Part shown: piece by piece, positions 1 to 7,076 of the stretch | Layout: the number at the start of each line of letters is the position of its first letter | Position numbering within the stretch: the stretch's first letter is position 1 | Source: a virus | Lineage: Duplodnaviria > Heunggongvirae > Uroviricota > Caudoviricetes | IMG/VR virus record: IMGVR_UViG_2585427766_000020 | Coordinates: 1 to 11,053 of that record | DNA: 11,053 nt | Reading direction: 5' to 3' (one strand) | Notes under the pieces: generated by a model | Seen by the model: only the letters and a program-made list of their open reading frames with translations | What the model was told of the DNA's origin: nothing | Databases searched by the model: none | Made by a program: the position numbers and the translations under genes

Positions 1-273
1 CCGACTGCGGCCTGAGTTTTTTAAGTGACGTAAAATCGTGTTGAGGCCAACGCCCATAATGCGGGCAGTTGCCCGGCATCCAACGCCATTCATGGCCATA
101 TCAATGATTTTCTGGTGCGTACCGGGTTGAGAAGCGGTGTAAGTGAACTGCAGTTGCCATGTTTTACGGCAGTGAGAGCAGAGATAGCGCTGATGTCCGG
201 CGGTGCTTTTGCCGTTACGCACCACCCCGTCAGTAGCTGAACAGGAGGGACAGCTGATAGAAACAGAAGCCAC
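1..273 (-). CDS. insA: IS1 InsA (transposition regulator), 91 codons; stop codon lies just outside the window
   Basis: Minus-strand translation from GTG at 271-273 gives [18 protein letters not shown]...[12 protein letters not shown], matching InsA as I remember it. The 90-302 ORF in the supplied track is a different frame and is not InsA. Confidence 0.88.
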
Positions 274-301
274 TGGAGCACCTCAAAAACACCATCATAC
301 A

Positions 302-1096
302 CTAAATCAGTAAGTTGGCAGCATCACCTGAAAACGCTTTGTGGATTTTACCCATTTCTTCGACTTTTGCAGCACGCAGTTGATCCATTACTTTGTCATA
401 AGAGAATCCAGAAGAGTAGATACGATACCCTTTCAGAAACTTTTCATGCAGACGCTGAATATTGTCCAGTAAATAAGCGAATACTAGAGGTGAATCAATT
501 CCATCACTAACTGCTTGGATACTTTCAATCAGAATATCTAGCTTCTGATCCTTATGGGTATCATCATTGAAACAAGCTATAAGGTTATCAAGATACTCTC
601 TTTGCAAATTTTGTACATTTTCTGCAGCGAAGTGCGGTAATAGCTTGATAACTTCTTTTTTCAGAAAAACTAACTGACAAGTTGAGTTATCAAAGTAGGC
701 CGCGGCCTCTTTTAGCAGGTTAACGAACTCGAGAATCTTCCGGTAGTTGCTGATGAAAACGGGGATATCTTCATCATCATTACGAAACTTTGTTTCTAGG
801 ATGAAGTAATTAGCTGGCTCAAGGCACTGATGCTTTGGAGCATTTAGCAATTTTTCATGGGTGGAAAACACAAGTCCCAGTCCACTCCGTGGTGACGTCA
901 CACGTAGGATGATCGTGTTACCTGGAGCGATAGTGCCTGTATCAATAGAAAGACCATATTCACGAGGATCATCAAGCAAAGTATCAACCAGATCACAATC
1001 GGACTGATCTAAGAGCAACAGCGAACCGACACGAAACCCCTCTTGGAATTCCATACGACGATACAGATCTGTCAGCATCTCAAATGAAATCGCCAC
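302..1096 (-). CDS. Hypothetical protein, second gene of the YejK-like operon; C-terminus truncated by IS1 (last 8 codons GDAANLLI + stop are encoded by the IS1 repeat)
   Basis: GTG start at 1094-1096 with GAGG Shine-Dalgarno 7 nt upstream, 2-nt gap to the upstream gene's stop (translational coupling). Low GC. No domain recognisable by eye. 302-328 is IS1 sequence. Confidence 0.7.
   Translation of the reverse strand: MAISFEMLTDLYRRMEFQEGFRVGSLLLLDQSDCDLVDTLLDDPREYGLSIDTGTIAPGNTIILRVTSPRSGLGLVFSTHEKLLNAPKHQCLEPANYFILETKFRNDDEDIPVFISNYRKILEFVNLLKEAAAYFDNSTCQLVFLKKEVIKLLPHFAAENVQNLQREYLDNLIACFNDDTHKDQKLDILIESIQAVSDGIDSPLVFAYLLDNIQRLHEKFLKGYRIYSSGFSYDKVMDQLRAAKVEEMGKIHKAFSGDAANLLI
306..328 (-). 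repeat. IS1 terminal inverted repeat (insA-proximal end, 23 bp)
   Basis: Direct read: atcagtaagttggcagcatcacc on the + strand, the reverse complement of the IS1 IR. Confidence 0.9.
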
Positions 1097-1098
1097 GA

Positions 1099-2106
1099 TT
1101 AAACCTCAGTCATCCACATTTCCCTAAATTCTTCAGGTACATTACGTAGGGTGATAATATTTGTTTCCGGATCATAATCAATATAGCCTTCAGTTTTCCC
1201 TTCCCGGTCAAACTTAAGTTCCCAATATTTAGACTTGCCTTTAAAAGATACCAGAGCCCGAATGACTCGACCATCAGGAACGAAGCCATCCGATAACTCC
1301 AACTCTTCAGCAGCAAGTTTACCAGATAACTCCTCGGGAGCCTGGGGCCAAATGGCATTAACAAGGGTTTCAAGACTAAGTGGTTCACCAGCCTTACTTA
1401 GTGCATGTAAGTGTTCAAACGCACTCTTAAGAAATGCATCTTTTTCAGCGCCGTCAAGTCCTTTCTCTGCCGCAAATGCTTTTAAAACGTCACGTAACTT
1501 TTCAGACTCTCGTTTGGCGATTAAGACATCATTACAGCCGAGGAACTGTTTAAAATAGTTTGAAACATTACCTTGCCCCTTAAGAAAACTGATATAGCGC
1601 TCTGCGCCACTTTCCCACGCGGTTAAGTCAATGCGCCCAGCCATACGCAGCTTAGCAATATCAAGATAGGTACTATCTTGGATGTTAAAATCATCTGTGA
1701 CAGTGGATCCAATGGTAGCGCTTACAATAGCTATCAACAGGTGTTCATTGTGTCCTATCACGATATTTGCAAAAAGAACATAACCACCAGTAGCCATGTT
1801 TTCTCGCTGAGAACGTTCCGTCAGGTGATGCATCATTCGGCAGGAACTTTGGTAGAAATCATCAACACCTTCGAGAAAGTCCCCAGCCATTCGTTCCATA
1901 GGATAGTTATCCGTATCGCCTTCAAAATAGCCATAACCTTTACCTGTGCGTCCTGCATATTTTGCACAAATATCGTTTATAAGGCGCTGGGAGGCTTCAG
2001 TAACTAGACCTTCTTCAGGACTCAATCTCTCAGAAGCGTCTCCATTTTGTTGTTTGTCTAAAATGTGAACTACAACGTGTTTAACTTCAATGGTCTGCTC
2101 AGACAT
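1099..2106 (-). CDS. YejK/NdpA-family (NA37) nucleoid-associated protein homolog, 335 aa, mobile-element-borne divergent copy
   Basis: Same length as E. coli YejK (335 aa). Core TYLDIAKLRMAGRIDLTAWESGAERYISFLKG matches the remembered YejK block [20 protein letters not shown]...RYLTFLKG; C-terminal YIDYDPETNIITL resembles IFWDPATDTLTI. SD AAGGTGGA 6 nt upstream of ATG. AT-rich codon usage unlike the neighbouring phage genes. Confidence 0.8.
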   Translation of the reverse strand: MSEQTIEVKHVVVHILDKQQNGDASERLSPEEGLVTEASQRLINDICAKYAGRTGKGYGYFEGDTDNYPMERMAGDFLEGVDDFYQSSCRMMHHLTERSQRENMATGGYVLFANIVIGHNEHLLIAIVSATIGSTVTDDFNIQDSTYLDIAKLRMAGRIDLTAWESGAERYISFLKGQGNVSNYFKQFLGCNDVLIAKRESEKLRDVLKAFAAEKGLDGAEKDAFLKSAFEHLHALSKAGEPLSLETLVNAIWPQAPEELSGKLAAEELELSDGFVPDGRVIRALVSFKGKSKYWELKFDREGKTEGYIDYDPETNIITLRNVPEEFREMWMTEV

Positions 2107-2176
2107 TAGCTATCCACCTTATTTTTTATTGCTTAATGGCAAATAATTTCTGCTATATGTTCTCGTTAGGAACACA

Positions 2177-2584
2177 TTAACCCACATTTTTTAACCGCTC
2201 AATCGTTGCGGATAATTCCTTCAGTTGTTTTTCCATCTCAATCACACGCTGTTTTTCTTCAGCGCCTCGCATGAGATCTCGCCGAACCTCAGGATCTAAC
2301 TGGTTTAGAAGTTCAAGCATTTTAAGGTCTGACGGGCTGAATTGATGTTGTGTTGGTACAGCAACAATTTCTTTAGATGGAATATGTTCTTTACCGGTAA
2401 GTAGCCAATCGATCGATACACCCAAATGGGTGCTTAGCGCAACAAGAGCCTCTGCGTTTGGTTCTCTCTCTCCACGCAAATAGTTTTGAAGTGAGCGATA
2501 TGGAATTTTTGATAAGTTAGATAATGCCTTTATTGTCATGCCATTAGCATCCATCACTTCACGCAATCTCTCTTTTGTACTCAT
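2177..2584 (-). CDS. Phage repressor, XRE/CI-type HTH DNA-binding protein (135 aa) with coiled-coil C-terminal half and no S24 peptidase domain
   Basis: MSTKERLREVMDANGMTIKALSNLSKIPYRSLQNYLRGEREPNAEALVALSTHLGVSIDWLL is a typical HTH_XRE fold signature. Leftward, divergent from the early operon. ATG at 2582-2584 chosen over the 2680 start, which would overlap the rightward gene and promoter. Confidence 0.8.
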   Translation of the reverse strand: MSTKERLREVMDANGMTIKALSNLSKIPYRSLQNYLRGEREPNAEALVALSTHLGVSIDWLLTGKEHIPSKEIVAVPTQHQFSPSDLKMLELLNQLDPEVRRDLMRGAEEKQRVIEMEKQLKELSATIERLKNVG

Positions 2585-2600
2585 TTGAACATATCTCAAT

Positions 2601-2628
2601 TTGACACACTCATTTGGGTGTGTACAAT
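2601..2628 (+). promoter_or_regulatory. Sigma70-type early promoter for the rightward operon: TTGACA (2601-2606), 16-bp spacer, TACAAT (2623-2628)
   Basis: Near-consensus hexamers read directly, about 45 bp upstream of the Cro/Ner-like start. Confidence 0.55.
2604..2623. promoter_or_regulatory. Candidate repressor operator: inverted repeat ACACAC-N8-GTGTGT inside the early promoter spacer
   Basis: Perfect 6-bp arms read directly; lies between -35 and -10 where a repressor would occlude RNA polymerase. Confidence 0.45.
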
Positions 2629-2672
2629 AGACCCAATAGAGTACATCATAACCTAACAGGAACACGGTGCAT

Positions 2673-2897
2673 ATGAACAAACAACAAGTTCGGGCACGGC
2701 TGGTTGAACGAGGCAGTAGCTTGCGCCAGTTCGCGCTTAACGCGGGCTATGAACCACGAACAGTCACCCAGGCAGTCAGTCGCTGGGCTGGTAAAAGTGA
2801 ACTACCTCGCGGTCGTTTGACTTATCGGATTTTGCGAGATCTATCGGTTGCAATAGGTAAAGAAGTTACCCCCGGTATCCTTAAGGAGGCGTCATGA
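2673..2897 (+). CDS. Cro/Ner-like small DNA-binding protein (about 74 aa)
   Basis: First rightward gene after the switch. RLVERGSSLRQFALNAGYEPRTVTQAVS resembles the Mu Ner HTH region in pattern. ATG 2673 preferred; GTG 2667 is an alternative. Stop overlaps the next start (ATGA at 2894-2897). Confidence 0.6.
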   Translation: MNKQQVRARLVERGSSLRQFALNAGYEPRTVTQAVSRWAGKSELPRGRLTYRILRDLSVAIGKEVTPGILKEAS

Positions 2898-3202
2898 ATA
2901 AACCAAATACATCAAGCTCAGGTACCCGTATTTTGCGCGTTCTTAAGGCCTTACGTGGCCACGCTTTGAACGGTGTTTCTAACGGGGAACTAGCGGTTGC
3001 ACTGCACGAATCACCGGCAAACATCAACCGGGCACTTAACACGCTCATTGAAGAAGGGTTGGCTCTGAAACTAGAAAACGGGCGTTTCGCACCAGGCATC
3101 CAGTTGCTGCAGATCGCCATGGCCCACAGTAACGAGATGGCACGTGCACAGGATCGCATTAACGAAATCAACCAACGTGTTATTTCAGGTAGTCGTTTGT
3201 AA
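2894..3202 (+). CDS. Winged-helix HTH DNA-binding protein (102 aa), hypothetical
   Basis: Strong SD AAGGAGG at 2883-2889. ILRVLKALRGHALNGVSNGELAVALHESPANINRALNTLIEEGLA looks like a MarR/IclR-type wHTH. Confidence 0.6.
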   Translation: MNKPNTSSSGTRILRVLKALRGHALNGVSNGELAVALHESPANINRALNTLIEEGLALKLENGRFAPGIQLLQIAMAHSNEMARAQDRINEINQRVISGSRL

Positions 3203-3212
3203 GGAGTAATCA

Positions 3213-4124
3213 ATGGGACGCACCAAATCACCGGTTAGCACTGAACTGAACGTCGAGGTACCGCTGTCGGATGATCTCAATGTCAGTCTAAACGCCATGA
3301 CACAGCATCGCATGGAAATCATGCAACAGTTCGGCGATGGTCTGCCCTATGAGCGCGATCGTGTTGTCCATGAGGCACGCTTTTATATGGCACAGAGCGC
3401 TGAGGCCATGCTGGAGGCAGGTAAGCGGCTGATAATCCTTAAGGAAAATGAACCACACGGGGAGTTTATAAAGATTCTTGAAAGTGAGTTGGGGCTGGCA
3501 TACCGGACATCTGTGAGAATGATGCAAGCATCGACAAAATACTTATCCCCGGCGCTGAAACCAAATGTGCCAACGTTGGCACATTTGGGAAAAGCCAAAC
3601 TTTTCGAATTAATGACAGAAGACGACGAAGAGCTTGCCGAACTGGCCGACGGCGGCACAGTTGCCGGCCTGACGCTTGACGACGTTGATCGCATGTCAGT
3701 ACGTGAATTGCGTCAGGCCCTGCGCGAAGCGCGCGAAACCAACGCAGCACAACAGCGCGTACTCGCTGACAAAAATGAAAAAATAGACTCACTCTCCACC
3801 AGACTGGAGAAGAAATCCCGTATTCAGCCGCCTGAGCCTGATGAAGAGGTTAAGAAGCTGCGGGCGGAAGTGACAGCATTAGCGGTTGAGGCGGAATCTG
3901 CTATCGCCGTTCGACTGTCCAGCGCTTTTGAGACGCTGTGCGCATATTGTGCTGAAAACATGATTGATACCCCCAGAGACTTCATGGCAGGCCTGGTCTG
4001 TCAACTGGAAAGCACAGCGCGTAGCCTGCGCTCCACATTTGACCTGCCGGATGAGCCAACAGGCAATGCCGCGCCTTCATGGCTGACTGAGCCGACGCCA
4101 CAGATTAACGGGCTGGAGGCATAA
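3213..4124 (+). CDS. Hypothetical coiled-coil protein (303 aa) located between the regulators and the transposase
   Basis: SD AAGGAG at 3201-3206. Long intact ORF in the operon; C-terminal half has heptad-like charged repeats. No family confidently recognised. Confidence 0.6.
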   Translation: MGRTKSPVSTELNVEVPLSDDLNVSLNAMTQHRMEIMQQFGDGLPYERDRVVHEARFYMAQSAEAMLEAGKRLIILKENEPHGEFIKILESELGLAYRTSVRMMQASTKYLSPALKPNVPTLAHLGKAKLFELMTEDDEELAELADGGTVAGLTLDDVDRMSVRELRQALREARETNAAQQRVLADKNEKIDSLSTRLEKKSRIQPPEPDEEVKKLRAEVTALAVEAESAIAVRLSSAFETLCAYCAENMIDTPRDFMAGLVCQLESTARSLRSTFDLPDEPTGNAAPSWLTEPTPQINGLEA

Positions 4125-4127
4125 CCA

Positions 4128-5897
4128 ATGAATGCTGCCCTGACTGAACGACTGGTTTATGTCGCCCGCGCGGCACGTGACGCGGGGCATGGTAAACGCG
4201 GTGCAATATACGACGCTGCCTGTGCTGAACTTGGCATGTCCCGCGCCACTCTGCTGCGCAGGCTGAAGGAGGTCTCTGTGACTGATAAACGCAAAAAACG
4301 CGCTGATGCCGGACGCAGCGCCCTGACCCGCGACGAAGCCGCGCTGATATCTGCCACACTGCGTGAGGCCACCCGCAAGAACGGTAAGCGTCTCTATTCC
4401 ATCGCGGATGCAGTGGAAACCCTGCGGGCTAACGGCTTTATCTCCGCAGGCAGAACAGATGAAACCACCGGTGAGTTTTTCCCGTTGTCCGAAGATGCCA
4501 TCAGTCGTGCCCTGCGTAACTATGGCCTGCACCCGGAACAACTGGATGCTCCTGCGCCGCATACCGAAGTGGCCAGTCTGCATCCCAATCATGTCTGGCA
4601 GATTGATGCCTCGCTCTGCACGCTTTACTACCTGAGCAATGGACACAAAGGGCTGCAGGTGATGGACAGCGCGAAGTTCTACAAGAACAAACCCGCTAAC
4701 CTTGCCCGTATCGCCAGTGACCGCGTGTGGAGTTACGAGATTACCGACCATGCCAGCGGCTGGATTTACGTTGAGTATGTGACGGGTGCGGAATCCGGTG
4801 AGAACCTGTGTTCTGTGCTTATCAACGCCATGCAGGAGCGTGGCGGCGCAGACGTGCTGCACGGCGTGCCAAAAATACTCTATCTCGACCCCGGTTCGGC
4901 AAACACCGCGGGTATGACGAAAAACATGTGCCGCTCACTGGGCATTGACCTGATAGCGCACAAGCCGCATAACGCCCGCGCCACCGGACAGGTGGAAAAG
5001 GCGCGTGACATTATCGAACGCAAGCTGGAGCCGGGTCTGAAGTTCCGGCCGGTTCACAGTCTGGAAGAACTCAACGCGCTGGCCGCGAAATGGCGCAGCC
5101 ACTTTAACGCCACGGCTGTTCACAGCCGCCACGGTAAAACCCGCACGGATATCTGGCTGAAGATTACTGCTGAGCAGCTGAAAAAAGCGCCTTCCGTTGA
5201 GGTATGTCGTGAACTGGCTGTGGCGGCACCAGAACTCCGCAAAGTCACGCCAAAACTTCGTGTCTCGTTCCGGGGCACTGAATTTGACGTATCAACGGTA
5301 CCGGGCGTACTGGTCGGTGAAAAACTGATGATTACCCGTAACCCGTGGCGCAGCGATGTGGCACAGGTGGTTCTGACCGGTGAGGACGGCCACGAGACGT
5401 TCTTCCTGGTCGAAGAGGTCAGAAAGAACGAGTTTGGCTTTGCTGAAGGCGCGGCGGTATTTGGCGAAAGTTACAAAGCCCTGCCGGAAACCCCGGCGCA
5501 GATGGCGGCAAAAGAAACCGAAGCGCTGGTCACCGGTACAGACAACGCCGCAGATGCAGCTGCCGCACGCAAGGCGAAGGCGCTGCCGTTCGGCGGGCGG
5601 CTTGACCCGTATAAACATATTGATGACGCCACACTTCCGGCCTATATGCCGAAGCGAGGTCAGGCCTCTGACGTACGCGGACCGCGCACTGAACAGCGTC
5701 CCATGACTCATGTGGAGGCCGCGAAAGCCCTGCGCGGGAAGTTCAGCGCCAACGGCCTTACCTGGACGCCGGAACATTACCGCCAGTTAACGGCACAGTA
5801 CCCGGACGGCGTACCGGAAGCCGCACTGGATGAAGTCATGGCCACGCTGACCACGCCGGCCCGCAGCAGTGTTATCAGCATTGTTAACGGCAACTGA
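4128..5897 (+). CDS. DDE transposase of a transposable phage (Mu A-like, rve/integrase-core family), 589 aa
   Basis: SD GGAGG at 4115-4119. HPNHVWQIDASLCTLYY is typical of the first catalytic-Asp region of rve-type transposases. Followed by a B-like ATPase and by gam, gemA-like and mor. Confidence 0.8.
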   Translation: MNAALTERLVYVARAARDAGHGKRGAIYDAACAELGMSRATLLRRLKEVSVTDKRKKRADAGRSALTRDEAALISATLREATRKNGKRLYSIADAVETLRANGFISAGRTDETTGEFFPLSEDAISRALRNYGLHPEQLDAPAPHTEVASLHPNHVWQIDASLCTLYYLSNGHKGLQVMDSAKFYKNKPANLARIASDRVWSYEITDHASGWIYVEYVTGAESGENLCSVLINAMQERGGADVLHGVPKILYLDPGSANTAGMTKNMCRSLGIDLIAHKPHNARATGQVEKARDIIERKLEPGLKFRPVHSLEELNALAAKWRSHFNATAVHSRHGKTRTDIWLKITAEQLKKAPSVEVCRELAVAAPELRKVTPKLRVSFRGTEFDVSTVPGVLVGEKLMITRNPWRSDVAQVVLTGEDGHETFFLVEEVRKNEFGFAEGAAVFGESYKALPETPAQMAAKETEALVTGTDNAADAAAARKAKALPFGGRLDPYKHIDDATLPAYMPKRGQASDVRGPRTEQRPMTHVEAAKALRGKFSANGLTWTPEHYRQLTAQYPDGVPEAALDEVMATLTTPARSSVISIVNGN

Positions 5898-5907
5898 GGA
5901 GGAAAAC

Positions 5908-7074
5908 ATGCTGGTACTGAAGCAGCAACTGAAAGAGGCCCGTATTTCACAGGCGGTGGTGGCGAGAGCTGTCGATGTTTCTGAGGCCACGCTGGCCCAG
6001 ATTGTGAATCATAACGCGTGGCCCCGCACCAGCCCCGGAGAAGTGCGCCGGCGTCTTGCGTCCTGGCTGGAAAGTCAGGGGATTGATACAGCGAAGAGTT
6101 TTGATGCTGTACAGGGCGCGGCCACGCCCCGTACATCGGGTACCACAGATAAAACGAGCCTCAGTGAGGAAGAGAATATGTTACTCAAAAAACAGGTGTT
6201 ATTTCCAGCAACCAAAAAAGCGTTTGGTCTTTTCCGTGACCCGTTCGCCGACGAAGCCATGCAGGGTTCTGATGATGTGTTCACCACCCCGGACATTCGC
6301 TACGTGCGTGAGGCGTTGTACCAGACAGCACGTCATGGTGGGTTTATGGCCGTCATCGGTGAGTCCGGTGCGGGTAAATCCACGCTGCGCCGTGACCTGA
6401 CTGAACGTATCAACCGCGAGAATGCGCCAGTGATTGTTATCGAGCCATACATCATCGCTATGGAAGACAACGATGTGAAAGGGAAAACTCTGAAGGCAGC
6501 AGCGATTGCCGAAGCCATTATCAGTACCATCGCACCACTGGAAAGCATCAGACGCAGTCAGGACGCCCGCTTTCGCCAGTTGCATCGCGTCCTGAAAGAC
6601 AGCAGCCAGGCGGGGTTCAGCCACGTTCTGGTGATTGAGGAGGCCCACAGTCTGCCCATTCCGACACTGAAACACCTCAAACGCTTTTTTGAGCTGGAGT
6701 CCGGTTTCAAAAAACTGCTGTCCATCGTGCTAATTGGTCAGCCGGAACTGGCGACAAAACTGTCTGAACGCAATATGGAAGTCCGTGAAGTCGTTCAGCG
6801 CTGTGAGGTGGTCGAACTTCTGCCTCTGGACAATAACCTTGAAGAATTTCTGACGTTCAAACTGCAACGGGCCGGTAAACAACTGACGGACATTATGGAC
6901 GCCAGCGCAGTGGATGCCATACGTGCCCGCCTGAGCAATCCGGGAAGTCATCGTAAAAATATGGTCAGCCTGCTGTATCCGCTGGCCGTCAGTAACCTGG
7001 TAATAGCCGCCATGAATCTGGCTGCTGAAATCGGGGTTCCACAGGTCAACGCTGACGTTGTCAAAGGGGTTTAA
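5908..7074 (+). CDS. AAA+ ATPase, transposition target-DNA activator (Mu B-like/TniB-like), 388 aa
   Basis: SD GAGGAGG at 5896-5902, ATG 5908. N-terminal HTH-like segment, then Walker A GESGAGKST and Walker B-like HVLVIEEAH. Sits immediately after the transposase as in Mu A-B. Confidence 0.8.
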   Translation: MLVLKQQLKEARISQAVVARAVDVSEATLAQIVNHNAWPRTSPGEVRRRLASWLESQGIDTAKSFDAVQGAATPRTSGTTDKTSLSEEENMLLKKQVLFPATKKAFGLFRDPFADEAMQGSDDVFTTPDIRYVREALYQTARHGGFMAVIGESGAGKSTLRRDLTERINRENAPVIVIEPYIIAMEDNDVKGKTLKAAAIAEAIISTIAPLESIRRSQDARFRQLHRVLKDSSQAGFSHVLVIEEAHSLPIPTLKHLKRFFELESGFKKLLSIVLIGQPELATKLSERNMEVREVVQRCEVVELLPLDNNLEEFLTFKLQRAGKQLTDIMDASAVDAIRARLSNPGSHRKNMVSLLYPLAVSNLVIAAMNLAAEIGVPQVNADVVKGV

Positions 7075-7076
7075 TA

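Larger units (their letters stand above)
1..328 (-). mobile_element. IS1: IS1 insertion sequence, terminal ~328 bp only (rest lies beyond the window start); end faces into the window
   Basis: Reverse complement of 306-328 is GGTGATGCTGCCAACTTACTGAT, the IS1 terminal inverted repeat as I recall it, followed by the insA leader and reading frame. Sequence is continuous to position 1. Confidence 0.92.

Noticed and set aside
90-302. 70-aa minus-strand ORF from the supplied track inside the IS1 segment
   Set aside because: It is in the wrong frame relative to InsA. The InsA frame (GTG at 271-273, running to position 1) matches the remembered InsA sequence, so this ORF is a shadow ORF.
1110-2007. 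ORFs 1110-1388 (-), 1235-1558 (+) and 1678-2007 (+) overlapping the YejK-like gene
   Set aside because: They lie entirely within the 1099-2106 gene, which has clear family similarity; they have no SD or homology and look like low-complexity shadow frames.
1099-2106. The YejK-like gene being the host's own chromosomal yejK
   Set aside because: The sequence is clearly diverged from E. coli YejK outside the core, is AT-rich, and sits between an IS1 and a phage repressor rather than in its usual chromosomal context. This cannot be fully excluded without a search.
2585-2680. Longer repressor ORF starting at 2680 (MFICTVF...)
   Set aside because: It would run through the switch region and overlap the divergent gene's start; the HTH domain begins right at the 2584 ATG.
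4077-4862. 261-aa antisense ORF inside the transposase gene, plus similar antisense ORFs at 5292-5777, 6199-6675, 8376-8864 and 8681-9439
   Set aside because: Long antisense ORFs are expected by chance in GC-rich coding DNA. The sense-strand genes have recognisable families (transposase, B-like ATPase, DUF2786-like) and the antisense products are Arg/Cys/Gln-rich and lack starts with SD sequences.
5869-5907. Upstream ATG (5869) as the start of the B-like ATPase
   Set aside because: It would overlap the transposase 3' end by 29 nt and lacks an SD, whereas ATG 5908 is preceded by GAGGAGG at ideal spacing.
4128-7074. The transposase + AAA+ ATPase pair belonging to a Tn7/Tn552-type transposon rather than a phage
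   Set aside because: Gam, a GemA/gp16-like gene and Mor in the same operon, plus a CI/Cro-type switch, make a Mu-like transposable phage origin far more likely.
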